A DNA stretch of 24,877 nucleotides from a virus (lineage: Duplodnaviria; Heunggongvirae; Uroviricota; Caudoviricetes). A model generated the notes under the pieces. It was not told the DNA's origin, ran no database searches, and worked only from the letters and a program-made list of their open reading frames with translations. The position numbers were made by a program, and so were the translations under genes. This document shows positions 16,201 to 21,560 of this stretch, piece after piece; the first letter of the stretch is position 1; each line of letters starts with the position of its first letter. The DNA is taken from the IMG/VR virus record IMGVR_UViG_3300042894_008610. One strand, written 5' to 3'.

Positions 16201-16660
16201 TAAACCCATCTAAAGGATAACTCCAATTGTATGTTGAGTATGTGTCAGGTTGTACAATTACTGTATAACAAGTATTTTCGGGATTAGACCCACCAGGACT
16301 ATTAAGTGATAAATAAACAACCTCACCTAAAGTCCAAGATATAACACTGCCAGTATTAATCCTCCAATTAGCCCCACCACAACAAGGTTCCAAGTAATAT
16401 TCAACATCAGAACAATATTCTACAGATGTTATTTGTCCTCCACCGCCAGTTATAACATAAATAATTGTCCCATCATTTGGGTCTTGGTAAAACCCATCAC
16501 TTGCAACTAAAGGACCACAAGTTAATCCATCGTATAAGATAGTCCCAACTTGTAACACGGGAGTTATACCATCATCAAATGAAAATGAATCTATAAGTGG
16601 TGCAGTGCACGCAGTTACTTTAGAAGTTAAACTGTAATTTAAGGTAAGACCACTACACAT
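13280..16660 (-). CDS. Large modular putative virion fibre protein (1126 aa): six copies of a 4-Cys module and other Cys-rich domains separated by Thr/Pro linkers
   Basis: Repeated pattern C...G-x-x-[YFL]...C[YWGL]T...C-x2-C (modules end CASC, CESC, CATC, CSSC, CTDC, CVDC); long TPTQTPTN arrays. Confidence 0.8.
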   Translation of the reverse strand: MCSGLTLNYSLTSKVTACTAPLIDSFSFDDGITPVLQVGTILYDGLTCGPLVASDGFYQDPNDGTIIYVITGGGGQITSVEYCSDVEYYLEPCCGGANWRINTGSVISWTLGEVVYLSLNSPGGSNPENTCYTVIVQPDTYSTYNWSYPLDGFTSYGVGTNCASCLSTEEIVCPTATPTPTSTNTPTPTPTPTEGYTIVSITNCDTFVTYTIDWGPSLPTPFDVFYIVFQNSIVPNGCYTYNGLSYNTPDDTPASKILYGDCESCSMSLLTQTPTQTASQTPTPTNTATNTPTQTPTNTTTTTPTQTPTNTATNTPTQTPTNTTTTTPTQTPTNTATNTPTQTPTNTATNTPTQTPTNTTTTTPTQTPTNTTTTTPTPTPTSTEPYDIYLFQDCCYGNYYRYENVPGTLTVGQVYSIIGGSGYNGCGTVVPYSAVGNLYSSVGVVFTLQVDCATCLISVPCVTPTPTVTPTNSQTPTVTPTNSQTATNTPTPTQTPTSTSTGTPTPTPTATGTGPQDSALLTKCSDGTIFYALVDTDTAFVGATYLYNGSCYSFVEFSGPGGPSLGVPSYSDCSSCVLTPTPTPTPNPTPTNTPTVSSTPSSCPYTEFCFRTNYPTLSGYSGNFEVAGTYNSRLYYTGDGITTGYIYHTGDVWCLSNSLGGTCLLEGTYPCYSICPDISSNYFSTGPCPTPTPSSVNCNTLDFTAYFDCDFVPFPTPTPSITCDNVTFSVTSIPSTPTPTPSTSTCAGDMSFSFSAYTPTTPSPTLTPTISPTRTVEVGGQLVYTFFEEAFTCPTSKVLKDCDSNLEFYVSDTLTFNGIPISIGTTFGGYVNGDLFCLTYDRNDSNTQPNSVLNSIVQLYANCTDCRFTLTPTPSVTASNTPTPTITPSPTMTPTASPADFVYVFQTCALNQSNYPQSTIMQTQPTNFAIMTGQTFQTVNGECWTYVGQFLNYYPAGQTILTYFTGNYFNLNKPTIYANCVDCLANPVVLITQTPGVTKTPGLTPTPSPLALCVTLSESIFRTGLPDQCGGYTRQDNQVTVTLRNGGTPYPAPTNVTVTIELSTSDCLGNGTTNLVISIPQGQTSASKTYTVTTCDICPSTNLNDTVTSIVDGIISITPSTITECN
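15555..15806 (+). repeat. 36-bp tandem array, 7 units of two alternating variants, encoding TPTQTPTNTATN/TPTQTPTNTTTT
   Basis: Units start at 15555, 15591, 15627, 15663, 15699, 15735, 15771. A = gtaggtgtttgagttggagtattagttgccgtattt; B = gtaggtgtttgagtcggagtagttgttgtggtattt. Confidence 0.95.
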
Positions 16661-16710
16661 TATTTTTTAAATACATTTGATATTATATCCATTAAGATAT
16701 TCTTTGTCAT
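16660..16710 (-). CDS. Possible 16-aa leader mini-ORF (MTKNILMDIISNVFKK)
   Basis: ATG 16710 is preceded by TATTTAT-N6; its TAA overlaps the ATG of the 1126-aa gene (TAATG). Confidence 0.3.
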   Translation of the reverse strand: MTKNILMDIISNVFKK

Positions 16711-16723
16711 TACACAATAAATA
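16667..16723 (-). promoter_or_regulatory. Two tandem putative late-promoter motifs (TATTTAT-N6-ATG 16710; TATTTAA-N6-ATG 16660)
   Basis: Minus-strand motifs at 16723-16717 and 16673-16667, both exactly 6 nt before an ATG. Confidence 0.5.
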
Positions 16724-16802
16724 ACAGGATGAATCATTTTTTTAAAAAAAAGATATGGTAGTTTATTCTATAATAAAGGTGTTGTTTGTAATATTTATAA
16801 TT

Positions 16803-16994
16803 GTGAGACTAATAAAAACAATTAAGAAGGTTATTGAAGAGGCGGAGGACAGATATCTCTCAGCTTGTGATAATGGTGTGTCTTTAGAAGAATTGGATAA
16901 GTTAGAGGAAAATTATAAAAAATCCTTAAAGCTTATGAATATGTTAGAGTCAAAAAAACTCAACGAGGACACTCAGAAAAATAAGAAATTATAA
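16803..16994 (+). CDS. Small helical hypothetical protein; likely start GTG 16803 (63 aa) rather than ATG 16755
   Basis: In frame with the track ORF. TATTTAT at 16792-16798 lies 4 nt before the GTG. Its stop shares TTATAA (16989-16994) with the convergent kinase stop. Confidence 0.6.
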   Translation: MRLIKTIKKVIEEAEDRYLSACDNGVSLEELDKLEENYKKSLKLMNMLESKKLNEDTQKNKKL

Positions 16995-17774
16995 CCCTCT
17001 CAAATATTCTGTATATTTCTTATCAGGTAAGGAAACACCCTTTTTATTTACCACGTCAGAACAGACTTCATTCGCAAATAATATTGAACTTTTAATGTCA
17101 TTTGTTTTAATAAAATGTGACACAAATGAAGCGACAAATGTATCACCAGCCCCACTAACATCAATAGTTTCTTGAGGTTTGGGTGAACCGAAAACCTGTC
17201 CCATATACATCGCACCTTTGGACCCTAAAGTCACAATAAATTTTTCATCGTGGTTATCAACAATTTCTTTATTATATGAATATTCAACCTCGTTTTGTTT
17301 AGTAAATGTAATATTACCGATAACATTTTCATTTAATTTTTTCTTGGTGTCCAAAATAGATATTTTTGATAAAACCCCAATTTGATTAATTAAATTTTCA
17401 CTTACATAACCTTTATTATAGTCACTTATTATTACAATGTCAGATTCGGTAATAGTTTTTCTTTGGTCAGGCGATAAAAATAATATTGTATCACAAGGTT
17501 CAAGTTCACCATCATCAACTCTTGTAATCATTTGATTACTTTTCTTTTCAACATAACGAGTCTTTTCGATTTTGTTTAATTGATGCCAATGTAATACTTC
17601 ACTATCAGGTAATAATGTTCTTAAATTTTCTACAACATTTCCCGCCATACCATTGTTGGTTGTTGAATATAACGGATTTAAAACAGGGACTGGTGCCTCA
17701 GGACACAATCTCTTAATATCACAATACACAAATCGGTCAACACACAGTTCACCTATCACTAAAATCTTTGCCAT
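16989..17774 (-). CDS. hldA: D-glycero-beta-D-manno-heptose-7-phosphate kinase (HldA / N-terminal kinase domain of HldE-RfaE, PfkB family)
   Basis: ILVIGELCVDRFVYCDIKRLCPEAPVPV, GMAGNVVENL, ISDYNKG, DVSGAGDTFVASF: the RLxPEAPVPV and DYxKG motifs are characteristic of the RfaE kinase subfamily. Confidence 0.85.
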   Translation of the reverse strand: MAKILVIGELCVDRFVYCDIKRLCPEAPVPVLNPLYSTTNNGMAGNVVENLRTLLPDSEVLHWHQLNKIEKTRYVEKKSNQMITRVDDGELEPCDTILFLSPDQRKTITESDIVIISDYNKGYVSENLINQIGVLSKISILDTKKKLNENVIGNITFTKQNEVEYSYNKEIVDNHDEKFIVTLGSKGAMYMGQVFGSPKPQETIDVSGAGDTFVASFVSHFIKTNDIKSSILFANEVCSDVVNKKGVSLPDKKYTEYLRGL

Positions 17775-18174
17775 AATTAATTATTTTTGTTGACGAATAA
17801 CCGTCTAATTTATCGAAGTAAATTATATTTTTTGCGTTGTCCCCACCAATCACTTTTTTATCTTTGTAATCAGAACCCACAACTAATATGTCGGTTTCCC
17901 AATTTAAAATGTGTTGTGATAAGTCAAAGTCACAATCAAAACTAACAACACTTTCAACCCCATTTATTCTTGATAACTGATACATTCTATCAAGACAAGA
18001 ATTGACAGGTCTTTGATTTCCTTTGAGTTCTTTAACTCTTCTATCGGTGTCAACACCAACCCTAAGTACACCTAAAGATGATGCGTATTCCAACATCTCT
18101 AAGTGACCTCTGTGTAAGACATCAAAGGTCCCATTAACCCAAACTTTTAATGGTTCAGACTGTCTCCTCTCCAT
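17749..18174 (-). CDS. hldC: Heptose-1-phosphate nucleotidyltransferase (HldC / RfaE domain II, HxGH family)
   Basis: VWVNGTFDVLHRGH, VGVDTD..VKELKGNQRPVN, VVGSDY, YSSTKII. Sits next to the heptose kinase and epimerase, which favours this call over a TagD-like cytidylyltransferase. Confidence 0.8.
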   Translation of the reverse strand: MERRQSEPLKVWVNGTFDVLHRGHLEMLEYASSLGVLRVGVDTDRRVKELKGNQRPVNSCLDRMYQLSRINGVESVVSFDCDFDLSQHILNWETDILVVGSDYKDKKVIGGDNAKNIIYFDKLDGYSSTKIINYGKDFSDR

Positions 18175-18539
18175 ACTCGGTATGAATCTGAATCGTAGTG
18201 AGTGGTAGATACTTCATAGATTCTACCTTCGGTTAATGCAAACAATTGGTGTGGTTGACCAGGGTATTGTCTAACAGTGTCGCCCACCTTTAAAGTTTGT
18301 TGATGTAGTTCAGCAGTTTCAGTATCAATCCATTTGTATAGGAACTCCCCACTTTCAACATACCAAGTTTCATCTTTAATCATATGATAATGCATTGAGA
18401 ACTGAGCCCCCTCTTTGAAGACTAGTACTTTACCGCAATATTTTTCATTATTCTCAAATATAATTTCGTGTCCCCATCCTTTAGGAACTTTACATTCAGA
18501 ACATTCTTCTACATTATACACGAGTGGTTTTTCCATCAT
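18147..18539 (-). CDS. Cupin-domain protein (sugar isomerase/epimerase-like)
   Basis: KGWGHE, SMHYHMIKDETWYV (cupin motif 1), PGQPHQL (motif 2), YEVST. Confidence 0.8.
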   Translation of the reverse strand: MMEKPLVYNVEECSECKVPKGWGHEIIFENNEKYCGKVLVFKEGAQFSMHYHMIKDETWYVESGEFLYKWIDTETAELHQQTLKVGDTVRQYPGQPHQLFALTEGRIYEVSTTHYDSDSYRVWRGDSLNH

Positions 18540-19292
18540 TTAAAAATTTAATACATCATAATTTAATTCTGAAATAAGATGGGTTAAATCTTTATCCGAC
18601 TTAATCAAATCTTTCATTTCATCACTCAAATTTAATTCTTTATGTCTATGTTGTAAATTGTTATGTGTTGAGAATGAACTTCGTGAACCTCTAATTCCAT
18701 TCAAACCATATCTATCCTTAACACCAAAAGTTTCAAAAATAAACCTTTCTCTAACCTCTTTATTATCAATCCAATCTTCAAATTTTAAATACGAAACTTT
18801 ATTTTCAACACAAGCCATTGCGTGACTTTTCCATCTTTTAATAAATTCACCGTCTACTTTGAATAGGTGAGGTTCATTAGTATCCCATTTAGTAAAAATT
18901 GTTTCATTGTTTGACTTTATCCTTGATGATAGTAAATCATAAAAATTTCTTATGAAACATATTCTACCCATATGCTCTATGTCATACTCTCCGTTCATTT
19001 CTAATGATAGTGGTCCTTTAAAAATTCTATCTTCATTAAATAAAGTATAATCCCAAGGAGCATCCTCGTAGTTAACCATTATAGTATGAATATCATTCTT
19101 AAATTCTTTTAAGAATTTAAAACTCAACGGTATGTCGTGATTGGCCTCACCCAAGTGATAAAACTTAGTCCCTGTGGCATTAATCATTTTGTAGACCCAT
19201 TCAACTTGAAATCCAACCAAATTTCTTATTACCCAATTTTTCATAGAATGGTGTCCCGACCTACTTAAACTCATTGTTTCATAAACTTTCAT
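18540..19292 (-). CDS. Putative PAPS-dependent sulfotransferase-fold protein
   Basis: SLSRSGHHSMKNWV resembles the 5'-PSB loop (RSG), FIRNFYDLLSS resembles the 3'-PB motif (RxPxDxxxS), and LKFEDW resembles the YEDL motif. Confidence 0.55.
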   Translation of the reverse strand: MKVYETMSLSRSGHHSMKNWVIRNLVGFQVEWVYKMINATGTKFYHLGEANHDIPLSFKFLKEFKNDIHTIMVNYEDAPWDYTLFNEDRIFKGPLSLEMNGEYDIEHMGRICFIRNFYDLLSSRIKSNNETIFTKWDTNEPHLFKVDGEFIKRWKSHAMACVENKVSYLKFEDWIDNKEVRERFIFETFGVKDRYGLNGIRGSRSSFSTHNNLQHRHKELNLSDEMKDLIKSDKDLTHLISELNYDVLNF

Positions 19293-19293
19293 A

Positions 19294-20115
19294 CTATTGT
19301 TCTAAATAATTTTTATAATCTTTAATACCCATCTCAAGGTTCCAAGTAGGTTTCCACCCACCCATCCATTTATTTGAGTCGCTACAAGTATAAAACTGAT
19401 ATCCAACAGGTATTTTATCCTCGTCAGTGTATTCGTATTTAATCCCCATATTGTCCAAGACATCTTCAAAACCTCTCGCCTCTCCAAAACCAACTTCGTA
19501 ATATTTTCCTTTCAATCTTTGGTAATTTCCGAGGGCAAATAAATTTGCAGAAACAACGTCCTTCACATATACAAAATCTCTTTGTGGTTTTTTAGGGAAC
19601 AATAAAATTTCTTTACCTGTCCAAGCCCTCAAATGCATTTGATATGCAACTGAAGCCATTTTACCTTTTTGGTCTTCACCAGGTCCGTAAACATTAAAAT
19701 ATCTTAACGCAACCCCTCCATTTGAAATAACATATCCTTCGCCAGCGTATTTACTCCATCCGTATAGATTTGAAGGGTATTCATTATTAATACCATAATT
19801 TGCTGCTGATGATGAATAAATCATCGGACAATCATTTTCTTTACACCAATCCATAATGATTTTTGTTGACTCGTAATTTCTTGTCATCATATAATCAACA
19901 TCTTGTTCTAAAGTATCCGAACAGGCACCTACGTGAAAAACAACATCAGGATTAATTTCATTTAACTGTATTAACAATACTTTTGTCCAATTTTCTTGTG
20001 AAAAATAACTTTCATCTAAACCGTAGACATCATACCCATTCTTTTTTAATTCATTTAATAGTGAGCGACCAATGAATCCTTTGTGTCCTGTAACAATAAC
20101 TTTTTTCATATACAT
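19294..20115 (-). CDS. gmhD: ADP-L-glycero-D-manno-heptose-6-epimerase (extended SDR)
   Basis: VIVTGHKGFIG, HVGACSDT, YSSSAANYG, PSNLYGWSK (YxxxK), LRYFNVYGPGEDQKGKMASV, RDFVYVKDVV. GACSxT and E-x-x-KG-x-MASV are RfaD/GmhD signatures. Confidence 0.9.
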   Translation of the reverse strand: MYMKKVIVTGHKGFIGRSLLNELKKNGYDVYGLDESYFSQENWTKVLLIQLNEINPDVVFHVGACSDTLEQDVDYMMTRNYESTKIIMDWCKENDCPMIYSSSAANYGINNEYPSNLYGWSKYAGEGYVISNGGVALRYFNVYGPGEDQKGKMASVAYQMHLRAWTGKEILLFPKKPQRDFVYVKDVVSANLFALGNYQRLKGKYYEVGFGEARGFEDVLDNMGIKYEYTDEDKIPVGYQFYTCSDSNKWMGGWKPTWNLEMGIKDYKNYLEQ

Positions 20116-20145
20116 TTGAATTATTACAATAATAAATTACCTTTG
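20115..20145 (+). promoter_or_regulatory. Bacteroidota primary-sigma promoter TTTG-N19-TACCTTTG driving the SET gene
   Basis: TTTG at 20115-20118, 19-nt spacer, TACCTTTG at 20138-20145, 16 nt before ATG 20162. Confidence 0.8.
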
Positions 20146-20161
20146 AATAAAAGAATATAGT

Positions 20162-20563
20162 ATGTCATTCAGAATTAATACGCCAACAAAAATTTATGTA
20201 GATAAATCTCCTATTCACGGATGGGGAGTCTTCGCGAGTGAGGACATTAACGAAGGAGAGTTAATTGAAGAGGTCCCTGTTTTGACATTACCAATTAACA
20301 AAGGTGAAGTTTCAGGACTGTTATTAGATTATCGGTTTAATTGGCCTCAAGGGGTTGAGTGGGAAGAACAAGTTGTTGGTTTAGGTTTTTCTAGTTTGTA
20401 TAATCATAGTGAAACCGCAAACGCTTATTGGATATCTGACTCAGATAAAAAAACCTTCAAATTCATATCACACCGAAATATATCTGCAGGTGAAGAAATA
20501 TTCATTTGGTATGGTGATGTGAGTTATTGGAACGACGGTAGAAGTGAAATTAAAATAAAATAA
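20162..20563 (+). CDS. SET-domain protein-lysine methyltransferase (minimal, 133 aa)
   Basis: SPIHGWGVFASEDI (GxG motif I), YNHSETANA (NHS motif), AGEEIFIWYG (EExxxxY motif). Confidence 0.9.
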   Translation: MSFRINTPTKIYVDKSPIHGWGVFASEDINEGELIEEVPVLTLPINKGEVSGLLLDYRFNWPQGVEWEEQVVGLGFSSLYNHSETANAYWISDSDKKTFKFISHRNISAGEEIFIWYGDVSYWNDGRSEIKIK

Positions 20564-20566
20564 TTT

Positions 20567-20596
20567 TTTATTTGGGTTATTAATAACCCAAATAAA
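20567..20596. repeat. Perfect 30-bp palindrome at a convergent gene junction (possible bidirectional terminator)
   Basis: tttatttgggttattaataacccaaataaa equals its own reverse complement; it includes the last codons and stop of the 326-aa gene. Confidence 0.85.
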
Positions 20597-21560
20597 TTAA
20601 ATTTCTATCAATATCTTTAAATAAATTTGATAAATCATACTCACCATTATTATCTACCATCGATATACTTTTAACAGATAAAGAGTCTAAACCAATATCA
20701 ATAATTTTATTTTTATTCAATTGATATTCTTTAACCACACCGTCAACATTAATTTTAATATTTTGTGATTCAAGAAAATCATAAAAATAAAATCTAAGAT
20801 TAGATGAGACATCTTTTTCAACTTTTTCGTCACCTTCAGATACCCAACAAGTTGTTGGTTGGTTTTTACTAATATACATTTTATAATTAGGATTCATAGA
20901 ATAATTGAAAAATCCTCTGTCACCCCAATAATATATTTTATCTCTCACGGGTGTTTTAGATATATTAATTGGGAATAATTGTGTCCACAACAACGCCTGT
21001 CCTTCAGCAACTCCATCCCATTTTAAATAATCATCTAATTTTATGACATCAACAATCTTACTCATTATTTCTCTATCAAATATCATAAAATGTAATGTAC
21101 AATCCCACCAATCATCTTCTTTGTTTGGGTTTATTCTTGGGTGAACTAAATTAGTTACGTCAGATTTTATTGTATCAATAACATATTGGTCTATCTCCAA
21201 ATCATATATTATATGATAAAAATAATCGTAATCATAACTGAGAGCAATTTGACTCATTTTCTTTATTTGATATAACCCAGCCCAACCATAATCCGCAACA
21301 TTTCTATGCATAGTTATCCAACCCTCACTTGAATAATGTGTCTGCCAAAATGTAAAACCTCGTAAAGGCCAATTTAATAATGGATTTTCTTTAGTGAAAA
21401 ACACAAAATCAGAAATTTCTATAATTTCATTAGGTAATGTTATTGGACTAATCACTAAAGTATCTAATCCTAAACTTTTCAACACTTTAATGTTTTCACT
21501 TAAAATGTTAATTTTTTCTTGTGTATCGCAATAAGAACTTATTAAAACTATTTTTTTCAT
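20580..21560 (-). CDS. Putative GT-A-fold glycosyltransferase with degenerate DxD (326 aa)
   Basis: N-terminal beta-alpha-beta (IVLISSY...TLVIS) and YGWAGLYQIKKMSQIALSYDYDYFYHIIYDLEID, resembling the GT2-like segment before the DxD. Glyco-cluster context. Confidence 0.45.
   Translation of the reverse strand: MKKIVLISSYCDTQEKINILSENIKVLKSLGLDTLVISPITLPNEIIEISDFVFFTKENPLLNWPLRGFTFWQTHYSSEGWITMHRNVADYGWAGLYQIKKMSQIALSYDYDYFYHIIYDLEIDQYVIDTIKSDVTNLVHPRINPNKEDDWWDCTLHFMIFDREIMSKIVDVIKLDDYLKWDGVAEGQALLWTQLFPINISKTPVRDKIYYWGDRGFFNYSMNPNYKMYISKNQPTTCWVSEGDEKVEKDVSSNLRFYFYDFLESQNIKINVDGVVKEYQLNKNKIIDIGLDSLSVKSISMVDNNGEYDLSNLFKDIDRNLIYLGY

Noticed and set aside
16989-16994. Shared TTATAA double stop of two convergent genes as a special element
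   Set aside because: A common compaction feature of AT-rich phage genomes; no further structure seen.
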